The notes beneath the pieces were generated by a model. The model saw only the letters and a list, made by a program, of their open reading frames with translations. It searched no databases and had not been told where the DNA came from. A DNA stretch of 39,683 nt from Rhodospirillaceae bacterium. GTDB lineage: Bacteria > Pseudomonadota > Alphaproteobacteria > Rhodospirillales > Casp-alpha2. Below, piece by piece: positions 8,123-15,676 of this stretch. The stretch spans positions 1 to 39,683 of the forward strand of contig JAYNJY010000001.1 of the NCBI GenBank assembly GCA_038110665.1, read 5' to 3'. The position numbers were made by a program, and so were the translations under genes. Within the stretch, counting starts at the first letter, position 1. Every line of letters starts with the position of its first letter.

Positions 8123-8389
8123 GTGCGCTTCCGGGTCCATCTTCTGAACGCGTGGGATGGTCGCGCTGAACTGCGCCACATAGAGGCCCGCGATGCCTGT
8201 CTCGCCAAAATGGCCATTAGGACGCGCCGAAGCATGTTTCACGGCTGGACGATTGTAGGGGTCTATCTTGACGGCGTTCCCCAGGTCAGCCCGTGGACAC
8301 CGGAGCCGTCGCGATACAAACACCTAAGGTGGTCGGCGCCACGGAAGCGGACCGTCAGGCGTCTGCGGGCGGTGGACTATCTGCCGTAG
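8123..8389 (+). CDS. basic hypothetical protein (88 aa)
   Basis: GTG immediately after the previous stop. GC3 is about 72 percent by hand count, lower than in core genes. Last gene of the + arm. Confidence 0.4.
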   Translation: MRFRVHLLNAWDGRAELRHIEARDACLAKMAIRTRRSMFHGWTIVGVYLDGVPQVSPWTPEPSRYKHLRWSAPRKRTVRRLRAVDYLP

Positions 8390-8398
8390 AAGCCAACG

Positions 8399-9511
8399 CT
8401 ACCACTTCCTCCGCTCCTGCGCCGACTTCATGACCTCGTCGTAAAGCTCCGGCGCTTCCTCGTTCATCTTCTTCAACACGCCGCCCATGGTGCGGATCAC
8501 GCTGTCGAGCGCAACGCCACTGTCGCCGGCCTCGTCGAGCATGGCCATGATCTTGTCGCGGCGGGCTTCGTTGACGGAGGGGGATGGCTTGTCCGGCTCG
8601 CCGCCTTCCGGCTTCGGGTCCGCCCTGGCCGCCATCTCCTTCAGCCGCGCCAGATCGCCTGCGAGGGCCGCCTGATGTGGCCTCCCCTCGCCGGACCACC
8701 AGGCCCGCAGCGCCTCGGTTCCCTCATCAGCGGCCTTCTCTGCGGCCTGCAGGGGTGTTTCCGTGGCGGTCTTGGCCGGGGCCTCCCCGCCGTTCGCCCA
8801 CTCGCCCAGCAATCTGCCGGTGTCCTCGCTGATGGGCTGCCCGGCCGGGAAGGCGTGCGCGTGCTGCTGCTGGAGCTTGATCGGCTGCGGAATCCCCGGC
8901 GCCGTCGGCAGCAGCAGCATCGAAGCCGTCATCTCGTACATGAAGTCCTTCGCGCAGATCGGCTGGAACCCCTGCGGCACGATCTGCGTCTTGCCCTTGT
9001 CGTCCTTCACCATCGCGACCTTCTCCTCCGCCCGCAGGCAGAAGATGATCGACGCGCGGACCTGGAGGATCGCCTGGACCATGTGCTTGTGGCCCATCTT
9101 CGGCTTGATCCAGGCGGCCATTTTGACGGCCTCGCGGCGCTTCCAGTCGTCGCCGGCCATGCGCTGCATTTCTTCTTCGTGCCAGTCGAGGATGCCGCCC
9201 TCGCCGGCCCACTCATGCGACGTGCTGTCGATGATGATGACCTTGTACCCAGCGGCGTCGGCGGCCTTGATCGCATCGACGTAGGCGTCGGGGCGGAACG
9301 GCGGTTTCAGGTCGGCGTGGTCGAACGCGAACATGCCGCTGTAGTGCAGGCCGCGACCCGCCTCGGTGTCGATCATGGCGACCTTGCCGCCGCCGGCGAG
9401 GCCGGTTGCCAGCCGCAGCGCCGACATGGTCTTGCCGGAACCGCTCGGGCCGGCGATCCCGATCAGCAGGGAGGTTTGCTCGCGGACGGCGGGGCGGAAG
9501 GAAACCGTCAT
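8399..9511 (-). CDS. Sak4-like / AAA_24-type RecA-fold ATPase (recombination)
   Basis: Walker A GPSGSGKT and Walker B-like VIIIDSTSHEW. Paired with an exonuclease gene. Carries a ~140-aa C-terminal extension. Confidence 0.8.
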   Translation of the reverse strand: MTVSFRPAVREQTSLLIGIAGPSGSGKTMSALRLATGLAGGGKVAMIDTEAGRGLHYSGMFAFDHADLKPPFRPDAYVDAIKAADAAGYKVIIIDSTSHEWAGEGGILDWHEEEMQRMAGDDWKRREAVKMAAWIKPKMGHKHMVQAILQVRASIIFCLRAEEKVAMVKDDKGKTQIVPQGFQPICAKDFMYEMTASMLLLPTAPGIPQPIKLQQQHAHAFPAGQPISEDTGRLLGEWANGGEAPAKTATETPLQAAEKAADEGTEALRAWWSGEGRPHQAALAGDLARLKEMAARADPKPEGGEPDKPSPSVNEARRDKIMAMLDEAGDSGVALDSVIRTMGGVLKKMNEEAPELYDEVMKSAQERRKW

Positions 9512-10428
9512 CGTTCATTCCCCAGCGGCGCCTGCCAGTCGGTCAGCCGCTTCAAGTCGTTGCTCTCGTACTGGTCGCGGATCACTTCTCGCTCCATCTG
9601 CCGCGCCTCCTGCCACGGCGGCGCGTCGACATAGCAGACGTGCGCCGGGTAGCCGGGCCAGGAATCGCGCTCCATGCACCAGCGCCAAATGCGGATCGCC
9701 TCGTCGACCTTGCGATCCGCCAGATCGACGGCGGCCGGTGTCAGCCCGATCACGGACAGGCAGTACGGCGGCGACGTCTCCTGGATGACGAAGGCGAACT
9801 GCGGATCGCGGATGCCCAGCACGGCGCGGATCATGCGGCGATAGAATGCCGCCTGGACGTCGTAGCCGCGGTCGAAGACGGCACGGCGCCACAGTTCCGG
9901 GCTCGCGCTGCCGCCGGTCGATTTGTAGTCGTAGAAGATGGCGCCCTTCGTTGGCAGCCAGTCGAGCATGGAGCGGAACCATGTGCCGCCGTCCTCGTGG
10001 ATCAGCGTTTGCTCGGGCCTGCCGTTGACGAAGGCGTCCTTGGCGTCGCCGGCGGCCAGTTGCACGCGCGCGGCGTCGGCCATGCGGCGCACGTCGTCAT
10101 AGTGCTTTTCGAGAATGGGGATGCTGCCGGCCAGCCGGGCGGCGTCGCGCAGCGCCTTTGCTTCCTTCGTGCGGAAGCTGTCGGCCGCGATCACCGTCAG
10201 CGCCCGCTCGTCGCGCAGCAGCAGCGTATGGGCCGCCGAGCCGATGTCGAACTGCGTCGATTCCTCCGGCTCATGATCCGGGTTCAGCCGCGGGTGCGCG
10301 AACCAGGCGTGCCGCGGCGAGTATTCGAGCAGCATCTTGGCGATGGACGCGGAGAGAGACGGCTTCGGACAGGGGTCGAGATGGTAGGCGTCGGGCTTGA
10401 TGTCGTGGAGGCCGGGTTTGATGGTCAT
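9508..10428 (-). CDS. PD-(D/E)XK (Cas4/RecB-like) exonuclease
   Basis: N-terminus DIKPDAYH, then FDIGSAAH, core IFYDYKST (D..D/ExK) and QAAFY motifs. ATGA overlap with the ATPase gene. Confidence 0.75.
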   Translation of the reverse strand: MTIKPGLHDIKPDAYHLDPCPKPSLSASIAKMLLEYSPRHAWFAHPRLNPDHEPEESTQFDIGSAAHTLLLRDERALTVIAADSFRTKEAKALRDAARLAGSIPILEKHYDDVRRMADAARVQLAAGDAKDAFVNGRPEQTLIHEDGGTWFRSMLDWLPTKGAIFYDYKSTGGSASPELWRRAVFDRGYDVQAAFYRRMIRAVLGIRDPQFAFVIQETSPPYCLSVIGLTPAAVDLADRKVDEAIRIWRWCMERDSWPGYPAHVCYVDAPPWQEARQMEREVIRDQYESNDLKRLTDWQAPLGNER

Positions 10429-10436
10429 GGTTGCTC

Positions 10437-10574
10437 CTAATCATCCCACCGGCCACCACGGGCCGGGGTCCAGTTGTTGAACGATCCCCACCGCCCACCG
10501 GGTACACGCCACACCATCTCGGCAGGCGTCGGCGGCAGGCGTCGTCGGAACAGGGAAAGGAACCAGCGTTTCAT
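10437..10574 (-). CDS. 45-aa Trp/Arg-rich hypothetical peptide
   Basis: TGATG coupling with the upstream stop. Its own stop is followed by TAGGAG, which serves as the SD of the exonuclease gene. Confidence 0.35.
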   Translation of the reverse strand: MKRWFLSLFRRRLPPTPAEMVWRVPGGRWGSFNNWTPARGGRWDD

Positions 10575-10903
10575 CACACCGTCTCCCTGCTGTCCGCCTT
10601 CTGCCGCGCTGCCGTGGCCTTGCGGAATGCCTTCACGCAGCCCTCGATCTCGTTCTGCATGGTTTCCTCGACGTGCCAGATGATCCCGGCGCGGAGTTCC
10701 TGGACGGCGGTCTCGGGGGAACGGTCGATGTTGCGCCATGTGTACCAAGGCTCCTGGTCTTGGCGGTCCCGGTACGCCATGACATCGACCTCCCAATCCG
10801 CATGGTTGTAGGTCGGTATGCGAACGCGGCACTCGATTTCCGCCAGCGTCCAGCCACCGCCGAGGCGCTGGTAATACGGGAACTCAAGGGTGTCGGTGGT
10901 CAT
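10574..10903 (-). CDS. hypothetical protein (109 aa)
   Basis: Internal ATG at 10903 preceded by AAGGAG. The longer version in the ORF track looks like non-coding run-in. Confidence 0.6.
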   Translation of the reverse strand: MTTDTLEFPYYQRLGGGWTLAEIECRVRIPTYNHADWEVDVMAYRDRQDQEPWYTWRNIDRSPETAVQELRAGIIWHVEETMQNEIEGCVKAFRKATAARQKADSRETV

Positions 10904-10904
10904 G

Positions 10905-11108
10905 TCAGGGCTCCTTTCGCGCATCACGACCTTCGGGTTTGTCCGACGTGCGGGCATTCCGGCGGGACATCTGAACATCTCGCCCAGTATCCCCAGCGCA
11001 GAGCGGGCAATATTCCGACCCCTGAAAGTCCGCGCGCTGCACACTGCTGAACTGACATTCCCCGCATTCAAAAAAGTGGAACTCGGGCTGTTCGGTGTCG
11101 GTGTCCAT
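10905..11108 (-). CDS. zinc-ribbon protein (67 aa)
   Basis: ATG 11108 preceded by GGAGGA. Two CxxC pairs (ECGECQ ... YCPLCAG). Confidence 0.55.
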   Translation of the reverse strand: MDTDTEQPEFHFFECGECQFSSVQRADFQGSEYCPLCAGDTGRDVQMSRRNARTSDKPEGRDARKEP

Positions 11109-11110
11109 GG

Positions 11111-11335
11111 TCAGTCCTCCAAGAGGTTGCGGACGCGGCTGGCATTGGCTGGCCGAAAGTCCCCGTCGCCACGCTCGACACGCGCCCAAACTGCGAACGA
11201 CACACCCGCCCGACGCGCCGCCTCGCGAACGCCAATCCGGTGCTTGGCTCGATAGGCAAGCATCTCTCCCCCCAGCGTGTTCGTTTCAATCTTGCCGGTG
11301 TCGCGGCAATAGGGGCACAGCACGGTCTCACTCAT
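11111..11335 (-). CDS. HTH DNA-binding protein (74 aa), first gene of the leftward early operon (Cro-like position)
   Basis: CPYC knuckle followed by IGVREAARRAGVSFAVWARVERG (helix-turn-helix). SD GGGAGGG. Lies directly downstream of a near-consensus promoter. Confidence 0.7.
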   Translation of the reverse strand: MSETVLCPYCRDTGKIETNTLGGEMLAYRAKHRIGVREAARRAGVSFAVWARVERGDGDFRPANASRVRNLLED

Positions 11336-11377
11336 TTCATCCCTCCCAGTAGGGGGTGGCGGTCTTCATTACCGATC

Positions 11378-11405
11378 ATTATAGGGTGCGGCCTATTAGG
11401 GTCAA
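11378..11405 (-). promoter_or_regulatory. sigma70-type leftward early promoter
   Basis: The minus strand reads TTGACC (11405..11400), a 16-nt spacer, then TATAAT (11383..11378). This lies ~45 nt upstream of the ATG at 11335 and is overlapped by CCTAT/ATAGG repeats. Confidence 0.55.
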
Positions 11406-11419
11406 GCCTATAATTTTCG

Positions 11420-11449
11420 TTGACAGGAATGTTACCGCCGGGCGATGCT
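11420..11449 (+). promoter_or_regulatory. candidate rightward early promoter
   Basis: Perfect TTGACA at 11420..11425. After an 18-nt spacer comes GATGCT (11444..11449, with A2 and T6 conserved). The predicted start would fall at or near the ATG at 11456. Confidence 0.35.
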
Positions 11450-11455
11450 GCGGCC

Positions 11456-11650
11456 ATGCAGTCATTCAGAGAACAGTTCGCCACCGAAGTCGAGGGATAC
11501 ATGGAGCGCCGGGAACTCACCCCCTCGCGGTTCGGAATCCTGGCGCTCGGCGATCCGAACTTCGTCTTCGAGCTTCGGAAGGGGCGGGCGGTCAGCATGG
11601 ACGTTGCCGATCGCGTGCGCCGCTTCATGCGCGACAGCGAGGCCGCCTGA
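11456..11650 (+). CDS. small regulator-like protein (64 aa; alternative starts 11420/11429)
   Basis: MQSFREQF...LTPSRFGILALGDPNFVFELRKGR... Divergent from the HTH gene, in the CI/Cro-switch position. The DNA-binding assignment is inference. Confidence 0.55.
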   Translation: MQSFREQFATEVEGYMERRELTPSRFGILALGDPNFVFELRKGRAVSMDVADRVRRFMRDSEAA

Positions 11651-11763
11651 TGAACCGATTCGTCGAGCGAGGCCGGAACATTTCGGCCGACGGGGCTTTC
11701 ATCGCCGGTGCCGCCATGGCCGCGCTGGCGATCTGGGCGGCGGTCATTTTTCTCATCATCTGA
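11650..11763 (+). CDS. 37-aa single-pass membrane peptide
   Basis: TGATG coupling. Reads MNRFVERGRNISADGAFIAGAAMAALAIWAAVIFLII*. Confidence 0.4.
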   Translation: MNRFVERGRNISADGAFIAGAAMAALAIWAAVIFLII

Positions 11764-11797
11764 CAGGGAGACAGGGAATGCTCGGGGTAGGGGAGTC

Positions 11798-12277
11798 ATG
11801 ATCGTCGTTGGCATCGATCCGGGGTTGAGCGGCGCGATCTTCTGGATCGGCGGCCCGAACGGGATGATGTTCGCCGACATGCCGACCGTCCAGATCGACC
11901 GCAACGGCAAGAACAAGCGCAGCGTGGACGTCGGCGCTCTCGCCGATATGCTGCGGCACAACATTCCCGATCACGTCTTTCTCGAACAGGTCGGAGCCAT
12001 GCCGGGCCAGGGCGTCACGTCCATGTTCGCCTTCGGACAGGGTTTTGGCATCATCCTTGGTGTCATCGGCACGCTCGGCATTCCCATGACGCGCGTCTCG
12101 CCGATGAAGTGGAAGCGGGCCATGGGCGTGCCGCCGGGCAAGGATGGCGCGCGAGGCCGGGCATCGGAACTTCTTCCGGCCGCAGCGGCTCGCTGGCCCC
12201 TCAAAAAGCATGACGGCCGCGCCGAGGCCGCGCTGATAGCCGAGTACGGCCGGCGGCTGCTGAACGGGGCGGGGTAA
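11798..12277 (+). CDS. RuvC-like Holliday junction resolvase (159 aa)
   Basis: MIVVGIDPGLSGA (catalytic Asp), FLEQVGAMPGQGVTSMFAFGQGFG and DGRAEAALIAEY. SD GGGGAG. Confidence 0.8.
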   Translation: MIVVGIDPGLSGAIFWIGGPNGMMFADMPTVQIDRNGKNKRSVDVGALADMLRHNIPDHVFLEQVGAMPGQGVTSMFAFGQGFGIILGVIGTLGIPMTRVSPMKWKRAMGVPPGKDGARGRASELLPAAAARWPLKKHDGRAEAALIAEYGRRLLNGAG

Positions 12278-12297
12278 TATGGCGGACGGGGGCAGGG

Positions 12298-12879
12298 ATG
12301 TGGTCGAGCGCAGCGTGGCATGAGCACCAGCGGTACATTCTCGGCCCGGACGCGCAATGGGCCATCGGCCAGTTACGCCAGCGCGGCGTGACCTATGACG
12401 CGATGCTGGCCGCTTACATGCCGGGCGGCACGCGCATCCGGGTTCCGAACAAGGGCTTCTGGCGTCCTGACGAGAACGGCAAGCCGGCCGTCCTGCTGCC
12501 GGTCGTCGCGGGTATCCTGATGCACGAGAACGGCATCGACCGCGAGCCCATCGTCGCCGATATCCTGGCCTTCGATCCCGCGAAGCCGACCGAATGGGGC
12601 TTGCGGTACAACGAATTCGGCACCGCGCTTGGCGGCGACAACCTGGAACGCTGCGGCCGGCATGGCATGGCCGACTTCGAGATCACGTTGTACCCGGACC
12701 CGCTGTCGTGGTTGCTGGCCGGAGCGCGGGGTGCCGTGCTGCTGCAAGGCCGCGAGTGCCGGAACCTGATCCTGGACGTTCCCCGGCTGAATTGCTCCAC
12801 CGTGACGCTGGGGCGCATGGTCAGCCAGATCATCGTCCATGGCGACCTTGGGTGGCCAGAAGTCAGGGTGCCAGGGTGA
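12298..12879 (+). CDS. replication-module hypothetical protein (193 aa)
   Basis: High GC3 and GTGA coupling to the downstream ATPase. A primase/toprim-like role is only a positional guess. Confidence 0.55.
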   Translation: MWSSAAWHEHQRYILGPDAQWAIGQLRQRGVTYDAMLAAYMPGGTRIRVPNKGFWRPDENGKPAVLLPVVAGILMHENGIDREPIVADILAFDPAKPTEWGLRYNEFGTALGGDNLERCGRHGMADFEITLYPDPLSWLLAGARGAVLLQGRECRNLILDVPRLNCSTVTLGRMVSQIIVHGDLGWPEVRVPG

Positions 12880-14063
12880 GCCAGAGATTCGTCCCCATCG
12901 AATACGCGCAGGGAAGCCCCAGGACGCGCAACTCGAACCGGGGCGGGGACTTGTGGGCGCCGGACAATCCCGGCTATGTGCTGCCCGCGCTGCGCGGCAC
13001 AGACCCGGTGCAATTCGTCGGCAAGGAAGTGCCGCCGCGGCGATGGGTGGTCGATGGCTGGATACCCGAAGGCGAGGTTCACATGCTGTCCGGCGACGGC
13101 GGCGTGGGCAAGTCGCTCCTGGCGCAGCAGCTTATGACCTGCGCCGCGGTGGGCCGGAACTGGCTGGGCATGACGACGCGGCCGTGCCGGGCTGTCGGCA
13201 TCTTCTGCGAGGACCGCGACGAGGAACTGCACCGGCGCCAGGACGGCATCAACCGGATGCTGGATATCGACTTTTCCGCGCTCGAAAATATGCAGTGGAT
13301 TTGCCGCAAGGGCGAAGACAACGAGCTGATGCAATACCCGAACGGCTGGGACAAGGGCGCGCCGGTGCCGTTCTTTCAGCAGGTTCACAACTTCTGCCAG
13401 GACTTCGGCGCCGAATTGATCGTGCTCGATTCGCTGCATGACCTGTTCAGCGGCAACGAGAATGACCGCCAGCAGACGCGCCAGTTCGTCAACCTGCTGG
13501 CCGGGCTGGCGTCGGACCACCACGGCGCCGTCGTTCTTTGCGCGCATCCGTCGCGCGACGGGATGGCGAGCGGCAGCGGGTATTCGGGTTCGACGGCATG
13601 GCATAACACGGTGCGTTCGCGCGCCTACCTGACACGGCCGGCCGAAGGCGAGGATGCGGACCCGGATTCGCGGGTGTTGAAGAACATGAAGGCGAATTAC
13701 GGCGCCATGGGCGGGACGGTCAACATCGCCTACCGGGAAGGCGCGTTCGTCGTGGTCGAGAAGCCGACCGGCGTCTTCAAGGCGATCCAAGACCGCAAGG
13801 CCGAGAAGGTGTTCATGGACCTGCTGCGTAACTCCCTTGCCCGCGGCGTCCGCCTGTCGGCGAACAAGCGCGCCAACAATTGGGCGCCGCGGGACATGGA
13901 GAAGCCGGCCCTTACGGAAGGCGTCCGGCTGACGGAGTTGGCTTTGGCGATGGACCGGTTGCTCGCGCGCCGCGAGGTTGTTGTCGGCGAGGTCCGTTTT
14001 CCCGGTGAGGTGCGCGCGGGCCTGGGATTGCGGCCGGTTCAAGCAGACGATAGCCAGCCTTGA
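12876..14063 (+). CDS. RepA-like / AAA_25 RecA-fold ATPase (replicative helicase-loader type)
   Basis: GTG 12876 overlaps the previous stop. Walker A SGDGGVGKS, Walker B LIVLDSLHDLF, and VVLCAHPSRDG. Confidence 0.75.
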   Translation: MSQRFVPIEYAQGSPRTRNSNRGGDLWAPDNPGYVLPALRGTDPVQFVGKEVPPRRWVVDGWIPEGEVHMLSGDGGVGKSLLAQQLMTCAAVGRNWLGMTTRPCRAVGIFCEDRDEELHRRQDGINRMLDIDFSALENMQWICRKGEDNELMQYPNGWDKGAPVPFFQQVHNFCQDFGAELIVLDSLHDLFSGNENDRQQTRQFVNLLAGLASDHHGAVVLCAHPSRDGMASGSGYSGSTAWHNTVRSRAYLTRPAEGEDADPDSRVLKNMKANYGAMGGTVNIAYREGAFVVVEKPTGVFKAIQDRKAEKVFMDLLRNSLARGVRLSANKRANNWAPRDMEKPALTEGVRLTELALAMDRLLARREVVVGEVRFPGEVRAGLGLRPVQADDSQP

Positions 14064-14259
14064 CCAGCATCATACGCAGGGCCAGGCGGACGGCGCCGGG
14101 TGCGGGCGTCTCGCCGCTCGTCCACTTGTAGATCGTCCGTTCGGCGACGTCGAACATATCGGGCGCCGCGAGTTCGGCGACGGTCTTGCCCAGGGCCAGC
14201 CGGGCGGCGTTGAGGCCGGACGGCGTGCGGAGGTCGATGGCGAGGTGTTTGGCTACCAT
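13912..14259 (-). CDS. HTH protein (115 aa), last gene of the leftward small-gene operon
   Basis: GKTVAELAAPDMFDVAERTIYKWTSGETPAPGAVRLAL is HTH-like. The C-terminal ~50 aa are low complexity and overlap the convergent ATPase gene. Confidence 0.6.
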   Translation of the reverse strand: MVAKHLAIDLRTPSGLNAARLALGKTVAELAAPDMFDVAERTIYKWTSGETPAPGAVRLALRMMLVKAGYRLLEPAAIPGPRAPHRENGPRRQQPRGARATGPSPKPTPSAGRLP

Positions 14260-14360
14260 TGGAGAATCCCCGTTATCAGGCAGGCGGACGCGAAGGCCGC
14301 GACGATGAAGGCGACGGCGATTGCCACGATCAGCAGGCCGGCGAATGCGCGGGCGATCAT
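14253..14360 (-). CDS. 35-aa single-pass membrane peptide
   Basis: Reads MIARAFAGLLIVAIAVAFIVAAFASACLITGILQW*. ATGA overlap upstream and ATGGTAG overlap downstream. Confidence 0.4.
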   Translation of the reverse strand: MIARAFAGLLIVAIAVAFIVAAFASACLITGILQW

Positions 14361-14437
14361 GACAGCGCGACCCAGCACAGGACGCCGGCGATCCACAGGG
14401 CGGCGACGGCGAGGCGTTGGAGGGTGGCGGCGTTCAT
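14357..14437 (-). CDS. 26-aa hydrophobic peptide
   Basis: Reads MNAATLQRLAVAALWIAGVLCWVALS*. ATGA overlaps on both sides. Confidence 0.3.
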   Translation of the reverse strand: MNAATLQRLAVAALWIAGVLCWVALS

Positions 14438-14760
14438 GGCCAATCCCCCGCATAGCGTATGACTTCGGCGTAATACCGCAGACGGCGCTCCAGTTCGTCC
14501 CGCCGCTTGGCGCGGATGGCCCATGATATGGACTCAATGTCGGCCATGGCCATTTTTAGCGCGTCGAGAAGTTGCGGGGCGGCGTCGCGCACCGGGTCCG
14601 CCGGTGGCTGGCTTGCCAATTCAATGCCGTGCCGCGCCAAGTCAGCAATACGCCTCATGGGATATTGATATCCGCCATCGTTTTTGTGGTGGTGGTCGGC
14701 CAGGCCATGGATGGCAACCAATACGGCCCGCATCCAGACGTTTTCCTGTAGCGCGTTCAT
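14434..14760 (-). CDS. hypothetical protein (108 aa)
   Basis: Full ORF with good GC3. Shares the PPADPVRDAAPQLL motif with the ORF at 15046..15471. Confidence 0.6.
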   Translation of the reverse strand: MNALQENVWMRAVLVAIHGLADHHHKNDGGYQYPMRRIADLARHGIELASQPPADPVRDAAPQLLDALKMAMADIESISWAIRAKRRDELERRLRYYAEVIRYAGDWP

Positions 14761-14927
14761 GGCGCCACCTTCGCCGGCGGGTTGGCCGGCAGCGTGGCCA
14801 GCATCCGAATCACCATATTGCGCGGGATAACGGCCAGGATATCGCCCGATTTGTTCACAAGCTGAACGCTGTCCGTGTCGCGGTCATAGATCGGCACGAG
14901 GCCGGGTGTCGGCACAAGGTTGGTCAA
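14757..14927 (-). CDS. hypothetical protein (56 aa, TTG start)
   Basis: TTG at 14927 lies 7 nt after GGAGGA, immediately following the upstream stop. Confidence 0.45.
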   Translation of the reverse strand: MTNLVPTPGLVPIYDRDTDSVQLVNKSGDILAVIPRNMVIRMLATLPANPPAKVAP

Positions 14928-14929
14928 GG

Positions 14930-15049
14930 CTATTCCTCCGGTTGATCGTGGTTGCGGTATTTCAGCAGCCAGGAGCCGACGGCGAGGAACACAAGCGCGA
15001 CGGCGACTCCTGACAGCAGGGCGGCGGCAATGGCGGCGATCGTGGTCAT
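14930..15049 (-). CDS. 39-aa single-pass membrane peptide
   Basis: Reads MTTIAAIAAALLSGVAVALVFLAVGSWLLKYRNHDQPEE*. ATGA overlap with the upstream stop. Confidence 0.4.
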   Translation of the reverse strand: MTTIAAIAAALLSGVAVALVFLAVGSWLLKYRNHDQPEE

Positions 15050-15471
15050 GAGCGGCCCTCCGCCTTGGCGAGCGCGGCGCGGGCGGTATCGAATGCACGC
15101 TCGCACAGGGCGGTTTGATTGTCCCACCACAGCCGCCAGATTTTTTCGCCGTCCGGGTGAGTGTCGCGCGTTTGCGAACCATAATCCGGGCCGGTCTTTT
15201 CGGCGTCGCCCCATGCGATCATCGCCCGTGCCGCCGCCAGCAACTCCGGCGCCGCGTCGCGCAGCGGGTCGGGGGCGGGTGGCGCTTTTGTGCCGTCAAG
15301 AACTTCATCCGCATCCATCAAAGCGTCGTCCATGGAAACGCCCGATGTTTCGTCGCCGCCACGCACGCAGCGCACCAATTCCGCCAACACCTCCCGCAGC
15401 CGGTCGCGTTCGGCGGCGGTTTCGGGGGCGGCGGCGATGAGGGCGGCGTTGGCTTCGGCGGGGACCGTCAC
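15046..15471 (-). CDS. hypothetical protein (141 aa, GTG start)
   Basis: Full ORF. Acidic N-terminal half, PPAPDPLRDAAPELL motif, Trp-rich C-terminal half. Confidence 0.6.
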   Translation of the reverse strand: MTVPAEANAALIAAAPETAAERDRLREVLAELVRCVRGGDETSGVSMDDALMDADEVLDGTKAPPAPDPLRDAAPELLAAARAMIAWGDAEKTGPDYGSQTRDTHPDGEKIWRLWWDNQTALCERAFDTARAALAKAEGRS

Positions 15472-15544
15472 CCCGGTATCGACGCGGAAAAATGCCTCGG
15501 CAATGCAATACTTTTTGCCGTTGATTTCGGCGCCAATTCCAAAG

Positions 15545-15676
15545 TCATATCCGCCGTTTGTCGGTATTCCGGCTCGCTTGACTTCCCAAGGTCCGGGCGT
15601 ACCATGTGCCGGCGGCCCATCCGATCATCGGGGCGAAGCACATCAGGAAAAACAGAACGATGAATGTGGCCGACAT
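15545..15676 (-). CDS. 43-aa single-pass membrane peptide (alternative start 15703)
   Basis: ATG 15676 preceded by GGAGA. Reads MSATFIVLFFLMCFAPMIGWAAGTWYARTLGSQASRNTDKRRI*. Confidence 0.4.
   Translation of the reverse strand: MSATFIVLFFLMCFAPMIGWAAGTWYARTLGSQASRNTDKRRI

Noticed and set aside
15468-15548. 26-aa ORF (MTLELAPKSTAKSIALPRHFSASIPG) filling the gap before the 141-aa gene
   Set aside because: It does show ATGA coupling, but its third-position GC is low and the peptide is not hydrophobic or otherwise distinctive. Probably an intergenic leader.
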